From: Schmidtea polychroa
Taxonomy: Eukaryota
Direction of reading: 5' to 3'
Assembly: GCA_044892525.1 (NCBI GenBank)
Contig: CM097885.1
Coordinates: 31,126,001 to 31,190,000 of the forward strand
Length of the DNA: 64,000 nt
In this document: positions 1 through 12,655 of the stretch, piece after piece
Position numbering within the stretch: position 1 is the first letter of the stretch
Layout: each line of letters starts with the position of its first letter
Made by a program: the position numbers and the translations under genes
The notes under the pieces: model-generated
The model's input: only the letters and a program-made list of their open reading frames with translations
What the model was told of the DNA's origin: nothing
Databases searched by the model: none

Positions 1-54
<54 letters not shown>

Positions 55-197
55 TTTATTCTCTATTCTCTATTCAATTTGTTGGACACCCCCCAAAGTT
101 TTGCAACACCTCCAACTGAAAATTTCTGCATAAAAGCCTGGAATCCCGGGTGCCACAGCATGCCTATCCCGGCACATATTTTGTTCCACTTCGAGCA

Positions 198-200
<3 letters not shown>
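1..200. mobile_element. Right part of a hAT-type MITE, same family as 1874-2341; left end outside the window
   Basis: 79-200 is near-identical to 2220-2341, ends in TIR CACTTCGAGCACTG; internal (TA)n at 1-52; followed by (TA)n at 201-233. Confidence 0.85.
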
Positions 201-237
<37 letters not shown>

Positions 238-571
238 GTCTTGTTTTAAAAATCAGATACCAAAATTGGACGCAGAAATACACCAATCATGCAAGCTCAT
301 TCAAAATGTTATATCAAATAAAATATTTATTCGATTTACTCTAATTTTATTTCTCCTCACTAAAACAGTCAACATTCTATTTAAGCAACCTTTTAATTTT
401 TTTATTCTATTTGTGTTTTCGGTTTTGGTTTCAGATTTTCCTAAATATTTCACTTAAAAAAAATTATTCTTTTACAGAAAGTAAAAAATTAATTTCCAAT
501 GATTATATTAATATGTTTTATTTATTTACATAATACCAGTCTGTATCCCTAGGTTATGAGTATGGCTGAAT

Positions 572-1745
572 ATGGTTAAAGTAAAAAAGTAATCCTGCAA
601 GAAAAAATAAACGTTTTAAATTATCTAGAAAGTGGTAAACAGATCAAAGAAGTGAAATTAAAATACGGTATTGATAAATGTGTATGGTCACGAATAAAAG
701 CCAATAAGAAAAACATTGATGAATTTGTGTAAAAAACTTATATCAGCCCATCAAAGATTAAAAACATGAAAAATCTACAATATCGTGATTTGGAAAATGA
801 ATTGTTTGCCTGATTTACTCGGGAACGAAATAAAGATAATGTGGTTACTAATTTTCTGATAAAAGAAAAGCTGTTGAAATTAGCAAGAGAATCAACGGGC
901 TCAACAACTTTAAAGCAAGTGATCTTTGGGTTACTAAATACAAAAAACAGTTTGGCATACGTACAGTATCACTACATGGCGAAAAGTTGAAGTGTGATGG
1001 TTCCATAGTACATGTGTTTTTGGAAAAATTTTCAAAATGATTGTTGAGGAAAGTTTATTGCCAGAACAAGTCTAGAATTGCGACGGAACTGCCTTATCCT
1101 ACAAAATGCTTTACAAAAACACCAATGTTCTATTGAGTGAAAGAGTAGCGCCAGGGTATAAAACAGCAAAGAAAAGGATAACAGTGATACCATGCACCAA
1201 TTCAACAGGTACACATAAATTGGAGTTATTATTCATTGGTAAATCACAAAGACTCTGGTTTTTCAAAAATTTCACAGGCTATCAAAAATGCCTGGCAAAG
1301 TACAATTGTTTTTAAACAATGGTTCTATGATTCATTCGTCCAGGGATATCGAAAACATTTTCTTTATACATTGGGCACCACAAATAAAATCACATGAATG
1401 AATTAAAAAAAAAAATTTGAGAGATGTGTGCCTTTTATTACTTGAATTATGAAATGAATTGTCCCAGGCTACGATAAAATCGTTCTTCAGTATACTATAC
1501 AGCTCATTGGACGATATTCGGTTTAACCTTCCACATAATCATACAATGCGAACACGTACCCGAAGAAGATGTCATTGCTAGGACAAATGGAGAAGTGGAA
1601 AATAAAATCAATGTGATTGATCAAATGGTCGTAGATGAAATCGATGAGCAGGATGTTGAACAAATCTGTAACCAAATACGAATTGAAAGCATCAATAATG
1701 TTATTGACTCTTCTAACGATTGAATAATTTTCCATTAAATGAAAT
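572..1745 (+). pseudogene. Degenerate pogo/Tigger-like (CENP-B HTH + DDE_1) transposase
   Basis: Broken frames read MVKVKKVILQEKINVLNYLESGK..., DLENELFA*F, DETAL-like motif, and ORF 1106-1315 APGYKTAKKRITVIPCTNSTGTHKLELLFIGKS typical of Tigger DDE_1; many stops and frameshifts; end approximate. Confidence 0.8.
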
Positions 1746-1873
1746 TTTAACTTTAAGTAACATGCAAGAAAGGACTATTCTGAAAAAATATGACAAAAAT
1801 GATCAGTGTGAACAGTGTCAATTTAAAGAATCTATAACAGTGTTAGGTTACTTAAATGGCTTATTGTACTTAC

Positions 1874-2047
1874 CAGTGCTCGAAGTGAGGCGGGATAGCC
1901 GGGATATTATCCCGGCATTGATTATGTAGGCGGAATTGCATCCCGGCACTTCATTTCATATAATCTATAGGTTTATCCCGGTACTTATTTCATTTTATAG
2001 GCACACAAATACTGCAATTAAGGTCACACATAGTACATCCATATATG

Positions 2048-2112
<65 letters not shown>

Positions 2113-2341
2113 TTTATTCTTTCTAAAATTATTTGACATCCCCCCCACATTAAAACAGGTACACCCCCTGAAACTTATGATTAAATGGGTGGACAACCCC
2201 CCCCCCCCCCCAAAAAAATATGTTGGACACCCCCCAAAGTTTTGCAACACCCCCAACTGAAAATTTCTGCATAAAAGCCTGGAATCCCGGGTGCCACAGC
2301 ATGCCTATCCCGGCACATATTTTGTTCCACTTCGAGCACTG
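1874..2341. mobile_element. Complete non-autonomous hAT MITE containing a (TA)n tract
   Basis: 14-bp TIR CAGTGCTCGAAGTG / CACTTCGAGCACTG; perfect 8-bp TSD GTACTTAC at 1866-1873 and 2342-2349. Confidence 0.93.
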
Positions 2342-3464
2342 GTACTTACCTATTAAACTGTTAAGTTATGTTAATGTTGTCGTTATGTTGGGTTACATTT
2401 TTATGTTCTGTTCTTATCTATTATATTAATTTCAAATAAATTAAAACATTTTTTAAATTAAACTAATTTATAATTTTCTCTTTATAACTTGCTCTCACTA
2501 AAATTCTATTTATGTAGTTTGAATGGTATTATTATAGTGTAGAAGTGTAAGACTTTCTCTCGTCACGAGAGTTAATTTATGGCTTATGTTATCCCCAAAG
2601 TATTTCCATTTGTAAAATCATTAAATAAACTTCCGACCAATTACAATAAAATTTTACAAAAATACTTACCTACCTACCTTTGAACCACTATTTCGAAATA
2701 ATCAACTTTTAAAATCAAATTTTTTCCACATGGTGGCTTAAATCAAATTTTGACTGCATTAAATTACCATATAATATCTTTTAATACTGTTAAAATATTA
2801 TTTTACTGTTTTCAAGTCGGTATCAAAAATAAAAAAATTAAATTTTTGTATATTTTGGTTTTTTGTCATTAAATTGCCAAAAAAATAAATATCATGCCGA
2901 TAAAATATTATTGTTCGATTTGGGTAATAGGAGATTTATCGTTAAACTCTTTACCCAATACTGAAAAAAAAGTATGTTATTAAAAGTATGTTATTAATGT
3001 TTAGCTATTTTGGTAACATGGTAAAAATTTTGATCAGACTTAGTTATAATATTTTTGCATAAAAGTCTTAAAACCTTAAATGAAACCTTAAATGAAAAGT
3101 TGTAGTTTCATTTATTGTTAAATTTACCGACTAGTAGGCAATGATACACGTCAGTTTTCAATGATTGAGTATTTTAAAAATTCCCTTAATACTGAATAAT
3201 GAAAAAAAATTTGAAAAATAATTTGTCTTACTGCATGAAAAATATTTGTGTTTAAGATATATTCATTAGTCGTTTACAAGTTTTCTAACGCAATAAATTT
3301 GAAAATAAAAGTTTACTATCCTGACTCCATTGTTATTGGTTAATTCCCAGATGCATAAGCAATATTATTGGGTGCGTTGCGCGTCACCAGGTTGTGCAAT
3401 GAATTTACCTTGCTAATAATCTTTAAATGTTTAATTAAATTTGCCTTAATTATTTTTTAATAAG

Positions 3465-3572
<108 letters not shown>

Positions 3573-4158
3573 AACTGAGGTTATATTTCCAATTTCATAT
3601 AAAAATGTGTGAATTGCTAATAGAAAAATTCTACTGTCCATATTTATTTATCTTTATCACTATTTACATTTTCATTTCTCAATTTTAACTTACAGATGAA
3701 TACCAAATTTTGAGCAACAATAAAAGTCATCTTCAATTTGTCGAACAGAAATTAAAAATGAGACCGCAAAGAAATAAAGTCAGACAGAAAAAAAATCTGT
3801 CTTTCGATTTATTTTAAACAAAACGGATACTTTTAATGTTTTAATGTGTTTTAATAGCTTAGTTTAAAATTTTTATTGCATTACTTGTAAATGAGTAATA
3901 TCGAAAAATAAATTTAAAAAAAAATCGAGATTCACAAAAAATAATAATTTTGATCCAACTAAATGAGCGGTCAATTTTGAATACTTTCAGAATTTTGTCG
4001 GATAATTTAACAAATATCCGGATGAAGAAACGAATAAAAATTTCAGTAATTTTTTGCATTAAATTCATAATAATAAATTTTAGCTTATTAATAATAAGTT
4101 TTAATTTAAATATTCAGAAATTAAAAAGTATTTCAGGTTTTTCAATTTTATGGTAATG

Positions 4159-4159
<1 letters not shown>

Positions 4160-4245
<86 letters not shown>

Positions 4246-4251
4246 TAATAA

Positions 4252-4321
<70 letters not shown>
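4160..4321. repeat. (AAT)n microsatellite
   Basis: Directly visible. Confidence 0.97.
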
Positions 4322-5595
4322 TTTAATTATGTTATTATTTTCAAAACATTTTATTGAATAAACGATCTTAACTTTTAAACATCATTTTAAAAATTTAATA
4401 AAAATTTTCAGTCATTGATTGAACGAGAAAACTAGTCAATTGCTTCTCTCCGTCATATTTGAAAGGTCTTAAACATAAAGATGAAGGTTCTAGTAATGTG
4501 AAGGTGTAAAATTTACTTAATTAATTTTGATAACATTTTCACATTTTAATTTATTAAATGTTACAAATTTGTTCAGAACTTGTGATGTCGTTCCATAATT
4601 GATGAGGTGTAAATGCTAATAGTCATTCGAATCTACTAAGCATTTAACGTTTTATGCATAACATTTAGATATTATTAGGATGTTGTTTAATGAATTTTCA
4701 AGGGAAAATAATAATTAATATGAGCAATTTTAAATTGATTTAAATAAAATCCAACATCAACATGAATATAAGTAAAGTATATATTGATACTTGGAACAAT
4801 TTCTAATGGTAGACTAATTTCGTCTTACTTGACTCTCATAAGTAACATGTAAAATATTCAATTAAACTAGTTTGCGATTGTCAGAGATATTTATTTATTT
4901 TATAATAACTGTACAAATGCTATATTCAATGCAACCATTTATATCATAATTATTTTGTAAAATTATTAAAATAATAAAACAGTATTTATTATTTAAGTTT
5001 TTCATCACAACAAATTAATTTTGAGAACATTATTTTCAATTTCAATAAAATTTCCAATTGCAATAATAACAATTAAAATTGAAAACGAGAAAAATAATTA
5101 ATAATTTTATTTTATTTAATTTTTAACTTTTTTTAAACTTTCTTTTTAAAAAGTTCTATTTTTTTAAATGTAATATTTCAACGAGCTCTGAATTATAATA
5201 ATTTGATAAATTATAATTTGGAATATAAATACCGTTATATGATGAGTGATTTAATATTTTATGAAATGTTGATTACAATTCGCCATTAAAATATTTCCTT
5301 TCCAAAGCATTTCCAAAAATTAATTAATTCAAATAAGCATGCACACCAGGGTCTTAAAATTAATATATTTATCAAAATATTTTTATAAATTATACAAGCA
5401 CTGATCCCAATGTTCAGTTATGATCCAGCACTGTGCTAGGACGTTTTTTGAACTATTGAATTATTGAAGTAAACCCTAAGATTCATGATCATATAAATTA
5501 TATATAAAAGGACTGAATACACATTTCATATCCATAAACATTTACAATAAATAATTAGATTTTGACAACTCGCATGTAACCATATGAGTTACATA

Positions 5596-5987
5596 TAGGG
5601 TGACCCCCTTAATTTTAAAATTCCCCACATATTTTTTCATAGAAACCCGGAGAATTTGAAAAAACACGGATAATTTTCACTAATTTTTATTCTCATTTTA
5701 TTCAAGATTATAATTGGATAAAGAATTTATTAAAATAAAAAAATTATTTATTAAATTTAAACGCATATTTTCGGCTTCCTAAAGCGTTTTCAATCAAATC
5801 TCATTGAGCATCCAACTGCAAAAATCTCCTTAAATACCCAACGGACCGAAATTAATGTATAATTTCAAATTTCTGATTTGAAATATTTTTATTCACTTTT
5901 AACGAACTACTATAAAAAACCGTAAGACCGGAGATACGTTGAAAATAACTGAGATCTCCGGGTAAAACCGGAAAGGTGGTCACTTTA
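5596..5987. mobile_element. Non-autonomous hAT MITE (TAGGGTGACC termini, Blackjack-like)
   Basis: Left TAGGGTGACC, right GGTCACTTTA (imperfect TIR); 8-bp TSD GTTACATA at 5588-5595 and 5988-5995; CCGG-rich subterminal motifs. Confidence 0.85.
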
Positions 5988-6985
5988 GTTACATATAACT
6001 CACATAAAAGCATTAAAAAAGAAGTTTGGCCTCAAAATAATTTTACCAATTTTTAATGCGGCAGTTAACGCGTAAATTGAGAAAAATGTCAAATGAAATG
6101 AAAATTGAAATTTGAAAGGATGCAAAATAAAACATGAAGTTAAATAAGAAAAGAGAAAAAGAAAGTTTGAATCAAAAGAGTAGTTTTTATTAACAATTTG
6201 TAAAGTCTTTTATTTTTTTGGTCATATTTGATTTGTTTTTATTTTTTCTCATATTTCTTTAATTTTCATTATGACAAAAAATCAAAATTTAATTTTCTAT
6301 GCAACACAACTTTTCAGCCTTGAATTTTCACAAGCATTGAGAGTTTGTCTTGCATAAAAAATTAATTTTTGATCTTTTCTCACTATCATAATAAAAGAAA
6401 TATAAAAAATTTTTACAAATTGTTTCCTTTTGTATAATTGGTAGTTTTCTACTCCTGGTCACCGATAATCAGTATTTTATATATTTTTAAAATATACTTC
6501 CAATCTGACAGTCACATTTAGCGCTGGTACGACGGATAGGCGAAACGGCTCATGCATAGGGCGTAGTATCTCAAGAGGCGCTGAAACAATGATAATTTTT
6601 TCTTAATAAAGTTTTCTGAAATTTTAGAGTTTTAACTATTCATTAATTATTTTTCTATAATTCAATAATTTTTAAAAATAAAAATTAATTTTTAATAATT
6701 GTAGGGGTAACTAGCTATCTTCGTTGCTCTTTTCAATAAAAATATTGTTACAAAATCATTCATTTATTATTTATTTTGTCAAAAACTGGTTAGGTTCTTA
6801 ATGTATATAATTTTCTTTGAAAGGGCGTAAATTTTGTTGATTGTCTAGGGCAGAAGTTTGGATTGTCACGTTGTATATAGATAATAAGTAATAAAAATTA
6901 CATTTTCATTAGTTAGTTTATAAAATATTATTATTACATTGTATAACTTAAAAAATCTTCTATGCATTGTTACAAATTCAAAATT

Positions 6986-7119
<134 letters not shown>

Positions 7120-7169
7120 ATAAAATTTGAAAGTTATAATTTCCTTGTAAAACTATAATGTTGTCTTAC

Positions 7170-7358
7170 TTGTGCAAGCTTGAGGATGTGTAACTGGTTT
7201 TGTTATATCACGGTAATGGAATGCAGCACATTCATCACAAGAATGACCCTCTGTATTGTGTTTGCATTCCAAACAAACCCCTCCATGTTGTCCTCGAGTT
7301 TGTTTGTACATGCCCATGCTGAACATGCATTTATCAGAATGGTTGTAACATTGGCATA
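7170..7358 (-). CDS. netrin: Netrin coding exon 2 (laminin-type EGF repeat 2); further exons not located
   Basis: TTTAG acceptor at 7359-7360 and GTAAGA donor at 7169; CQCYNHSDKCMFSMGMYKQTRGQHGGVCLECKHNTEGHSCDECAAFHYRDITKPVTHPQAC matches the netrin LE2 pattern (GGVCLxCxHNTxG...YYRDxxKPITHxxAC); phase joins exon 1. Confidence 0.88.
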
Positions 7359-7430
7359 CTAAATTATATGATGCCATAATATTTTCATGCAGATAAAATT
7401 TTTAAATGATTCTTTTTTTTAGTTACTTAC

Positions 7431-8493
7431 ATTTGCAGACGTTGGCATTTTGTCTAGTTGCTCTTTGCCATGGTCGATCAAGATAATTAGATTTGCATCT
7501 TTCGCATTCTTGACCTTCGGTGTTGTGGTGACAGTCACACTTGATTTCATCGTTATCATCTATCAAACATCGATTAGCATGACCATTGCATTTGCATCGT
7601 CCACCAACAGCAAGATCTGACAAACCAAAATGAACAATCGGCTCAGTTTTATGGTTGACAAAACTTGGTGGTGCTTGTGGAAGTGATTCGGTATGATAAT
7701 ATAATTCTTTCAACCTATATGAAGTCGATTTTTCCGGTGTAAATCTCATCAAACTTATTCTCAAATCTGTCATTGTCATCCATTCAACTAAATCTTGACT
7801 CCATGGAGGTCCAGAGGGTCGACCATAAATTGTGCTAAATGGTAACACAGTTTCTGCTTGTCCATAATCATTGTATCGTTCAGGGGCTTTTAATTCAACA
7901 CACAGAACTTCATGAATGTTTGCAGGAGTGATTTGAGAGTTCTGTTCATTTGTTGTTGGCATTTTAAATGCCCTATAGCAATCTTGAGAAAAAAACTGCC
8001 AAGGTTTCCATGAAACCCCAAAATCTAAGCTTTTGTAAATTGCTATTGAATCTGGAAGTGTTCCACAGATTTGCAATGCAATATAATAAACTTCGAAGCT
8101 TTTCTTTAATGATACGGTGATATTGACTTCGTTTTGACCAGAATTTTCCTGTAATGGCCCAGAAAACCAACATGTTTGATTTTTTGGAATGTGTCGATCA
8201 GTTATGTGTGATGGCGGATATGAACGATGTTTTGCGTCGCAAATACTACAATATTGTCTGGCTTCTGTGGTTGTTTTGTCATACCAATTCCGGCAAATCT
8301 GTTCCGGTCCATTAGTACCACAGGTACTTGTAGTTTCAGCTTTAACGTTTTCAATAATATTTGTAAAAGACGGTAAACACTGTTGAGGTCTCCCGTTTAA
8401 ATAGCATGGTGAAGACTGAGATTCAAAAATAACTTTAACAGAATGAATCCACACTGATAAATTTAGAATTGCGATCGTTCTTATAAAAATCAT
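7431..8493 (-). CDS. netrin: Netrin coding exon 1 (signal peptide, laminin N-terminal domain VI, LE1)
   Basis: ATG at 8493 with hydrophobic leader; PCY..GRPQQCLPSF, PDSIAIYKSLDFGVSWKPWQFFS, LSDLAVGGRCKCNGHANRC, CHHNTEGQECERCK..YLDRPWQRAT; GTAAGT donor at 7430, 72-bp intron. Confidence 0.92.
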
Positions 8494-8552
8494 AACCAAA
8501 AAGAATCTGTATTCTTGAAGATATTAATTTTCATCTTATATCTACTCCGGCT

Positions 8553-8588
8553 AGCCAATCATAATTCAACTATGCCACCAACCAATCA
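8553..8588. promoter_or_regulatory. Paired CCAAT boxes (NF-Y-like) upstream of the netrin ATG
   Basis: AGCCAATCA (CCAAT 8555-8559) and ACCAATCA (CCAAT 8582-8586), 27 bp apart, 60-95 bp from the ATG; motif match only. Confidence 0.35.
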
Positions 8589-11500
8589 AAATTTTATTAA
8601 AATATTTTCTTTTAATAGTAAAAAATTAAAGAAAAATTACAAATTTAATTAAAACTTAATTGTTTCTCATCAATTTAGTTTGATGAAACCCAGTAGTAAG
8701 GATTTCTGAAAGAAAAATTGAAAAAAAATGTTTCAAGTTAAGAATAGTAGAGGATAAATAAAATAACTTTATTAAGTTTTCTAAAATACCCTTTAGATAT
8801 TATTCATAAAAATGTCCATAAAAAGATTAATGGAATGATATCCAAAAGCGGAAAAGGATAAAGGGGGTAAATAACTACTTTGAAAACCCCAAATAATATT
8901 TATTTTTTATTTATGATTTTCATGTTTTACAGATTTTCTTCAATTTCAATTTGAAAGATTCATAAGAAATGGCATATTTACCAAAGTAGTTTTAAATCTT
9001 TAATTAAGTACAACATTTTATGATAAAATTCATTAAGTTGAACTGTTGCCAATATTCAACATGATGATCAATACTTGAAAGGATAGGTGGGGAATGTCTG
9101 CATCCCAAAGGGTAAAAAAAAAAAAGATTAGAATTAAGATTTATACAAATTAAAGATGAGCATTAGAACAGTCTTATCGAGAAATACTCGAATAATATTG
9201 TTATTTTATAGAAATATTGTTTTTGATTGGACAGTCATTTGCGTGAAAATAATACTTCAATTTTCTAAAATACGTTCCAATTACTCGTGTAATAAAGTAA
9301 AATCTGAAAAATTTCCACAATAAACATTTAAATTGTCGGTATCAGTCGGTGAAAAATATTTAACGCAATTTTGTATTTGAAGATGGTCGATTAATAAAAT
9401 TATAAAGAATATTCGCAATAAAAACATCAGAGAAACTCGTCATTCAGTCTGAATTGATCAAGTAAAAGCCGTAAAAAACACAAAAAAACGACTTGATAGA
9501 ATATTTACTGACAGAGCTTCGGTTATGATTCCAGTTTTTTTATTTCATGCTTGAATTCATTGTATCCGCTAATTAGCGATTTAGAAAATGAAAAATAGTA
9601 ACAAATGCCGATAAAAGACTTTTCAATTTTGACACCTCTGAGCCATAAATCATGAATGAATTTTCTGACAACACTTACAGAGAGGTGTGATTGGAAAAAG
9701 ATTTCTTTTTTTTCCCTGTCAATTCTCTAAAATTCGCGACAGATTTTTCCCGGTGACGTACGAACTGTTTTTGTAGAATATCTTGCGCAATGGAGAGGGA
9801 ATAATTTGGTTGAAAGTTATTTAAAATTCAGATGATTCAATTTGTTTTAATTGACAAACACTTTTTTATCAAATTTGAAATTGAAATATATATATATATA
9901 TTGAGAATGTGATTCATTTAAATTTAGGAAAATGAACTAAAATCATTTCATCGAATTGTCAAAAAAGAATATTATATTTTGTTAACATTTTATTTCATTT
10001 TTCTTGAGTAAATTAAACTCAAATTATCCTTGATTATATAGCAAATGCATTCATGAGTCAGAAATAAAGTAAAGCAAATCCCATGAGTTTTTAGTCCATT
10101 TTGGTTTCCTATTATTAAAAATCATTTGAAAAAATTTCACATTAAACAAAAAAACACCCGCGATTTCACATATTTTATTTTTTAACGAAATTGCATTTTA
10201 ACAAGTTATGCATATATTAGTGTGACCAACAATTTGACACCGGTTTGCAATGAATAAACGCATCTATAATACAGGTTGGTGTGTACACCAATTATAGATG
10301 ACTCATCATTTAATTTATAAGTTTATTTATGAGGATCGCAGATAATTGTTTTTTTATTAGACATTTTACTCTTATATGCTTATAAACTTAGATTTGTATA
10401 TTTAATTATTTTTATATTGACTTAGGATAAAATTTTTTTAACTGTACTTAACACAAATTTTCGGTTATACATTTAATAAATGTTATTAAGTCGAAATTTT
10501 GTGTTGAGTATAATTAGGAATTTTCGATCTATTCTGAATATGAAATTAACTGAATATCATCAAAAAACAGATCAAAAGAGACCAAAAAAATAAAAAAATA
10601 TTCATATAATGATATGGTATTATTGTGAATTCATATTAAACATTTTATTTTTATTTGATTATGTTAATTTTAAACTTTAACTATTTTTACATGTTTAATA
10701 ATTTTAACGAAATCTTGATTTAATATCAATTAAATTTTTGAATTTTTCATAACCAAATTATTAATAATTTAAAGAGGAAATTAACATTCAAATTCAAATA
10801 AAACATTAAATATTATTTGAACATTAATAAATGTCAAGGTCACACAAAGGGATGAAAAATACAAATATATCCAAATCTGTTTATTGTGAAAAATAAACAG
10901 AAAATAAAGCATTCTATGGTTATTTGGGATTAAATCTTTTTTTTAAGGTCAAATTAGCTGGCCACATATTACTTTGGCAACCACGCGATTAATTTAAGTA
11001 GGTAAATTTTAGGTCAAATTTACGAAGGTCGTATATAAATGACGTACGTCAATTTAAGGACACTTTAAGACCATTTTGAGGTCATCTTAAACTCAAATAA
11101 GGTAGGCAGTGCCATATTTATCACCAGGCTTATGACGGCAAAAGTAGGAATAGAAAATGTAAATAGTGACTGAGGAGTTAAAATTAAAATACTAAATTAA
11201 ATTAGTTCATGATTAAAATTTGTAAAATTTTAATTGAAACTTAAATTATTTTAAGATATTAAAATTGAAATGATAATTGAAATTTTAAAATAAAATAATC
11301 TTTAATAAAATTGAAATTCAAGTATGAATGCGATGGTATGTTGATATTTGGTTGAAATTAAAATTTAGAAAATGTCCCAAGAATATTTGTTTATATAATC
11401 AGATTTAATGAAATATAATTTTGGATTTAATAGTCTTAGTAATTTATTTTGATGACAGAAGAATTAAATGTTATAGCTTCTAACAGTGACAAAGAAAAGT

Positions 11501-12018
11501 AATTTTTTTCGAATTAAAATTTACAAAATTTGGGTTTTTCTTGTATTTTGTGGGGGTTAGTACAAAACCAAAAAAAATTATGTAGAAAAGGAAGGCTTAA
11601 CAATTATTGGTAAAATCAATAAATTTGACAAATTAGTCAAAACATTCTTGAAAAAATTGTATCTTGATTCAACTAAGAAGAATCTGAAATAAATCCTCAA
11701 AAGTTTCATAGTTCTCCCTGGAATTATAAAAGGTACGTCTATCGATAAATCTCAGAAATTCGACTATGTCCCGTGAACTTGGAAATATTTTCAACGTAAT
11801 TATTTACGACAGTGCATTGAAAATTCAAGATATATTGACGAGACTTTCAACTTTCCAAACTAGGTTTGAACGTATATCTTGAATATTTGTTTAAAAATAA
11901 AATATCTACAGTGAAATTTAAAATTCTGAATTATTTTCATTTCAACACATTAAATCAGAACGATAAAACATTAATTAAAATGAAACTATTTTTTAATATA
12001 ATTGATATTGATATTTAT

Positions 12019-12133
12019 AGTTATGATGTCTTCAACTTCTAAATTCATAAGATCAATAATAAATGCAGTTAAAATATATTTTTCAAAAAAACGCTAAAAA
12101 CAATATTATTAAAACAAACAACTTTCCATAACT
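12019..12133 (-). repeat. 3' LTR
   Basis: Direct repeat of 15333-15448, immediately after the polypurine tract. Confidence 0.93.
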
Positions 12134-12143
12134 CTCCCCTTCT

Positions 12144-12655
12144 TTAAGGAACTGCCCATCTCTTAAGCCATTCAATTCGTCTGAGTTTCTTTGTCGTCCA
12201 ATCACTCAATTCCACCTGGTGCTCTGACAAAAACTTTGATATGACAAAAGGACCTTCATACTGTAGTCCATCTTTGTCGCGATTTTGTGGTTCTTTCCGA
12301 ACTAATACTTTCTCCCCACCGTGAAACATCGATTCGTTCTCTTCTCTGTTTCCATCTCTTTCATTCGTTTAGCTGCTTTCTCACTGTTCTCTCTTACCAA
12401 TCTATGTATCTCAAATGTATCCAATGTCGTGTGAGGCAATGTTGAATGAAGGTTAATCTTCCTCCCAAAAACAATTTCAAATGGAGAAAATCCCGTCGCG
12501 CTCTGTTGTGTCACGTTGATACAAAATTCTACTCGAGGAAGTAACTCCGCCCAATTTCGCTCTCCTAGTCCACCTGCTAATGATGTTGCCAGCAAGTCTC
12601 TGACTGTCCGTATTGTTCTCTCAACTAAACCGTTAGATTGATGCTGATATGCTGA
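12144..12655 (-). pseudogene. Integrase C-terminal remnant, frameshifted
   Basis: SAYQHQSNGLVERTIRTVRDLL..NWAELLPRVEFCIN..QSATGFSPFEIVFG, then GEKVLVR..YEGPF (GPY/F motif) in another frame. Confidence 0.88.

Noticed and set aside
6520..6875. Possible hAT-Tip100-like MITE (similar lone ends at 30121-30152, 43701-43757, 45954-46003)
   Set aside because: Could not pair termini or find TSDs
7423..8499. ORF-track limits for netrin, and a laminin-gamma identity
   Set aside because: TTG start is upstream of the ATG at 8493 and the end reads into an intron; LE2 sequence fits netrin better than laminin gamma
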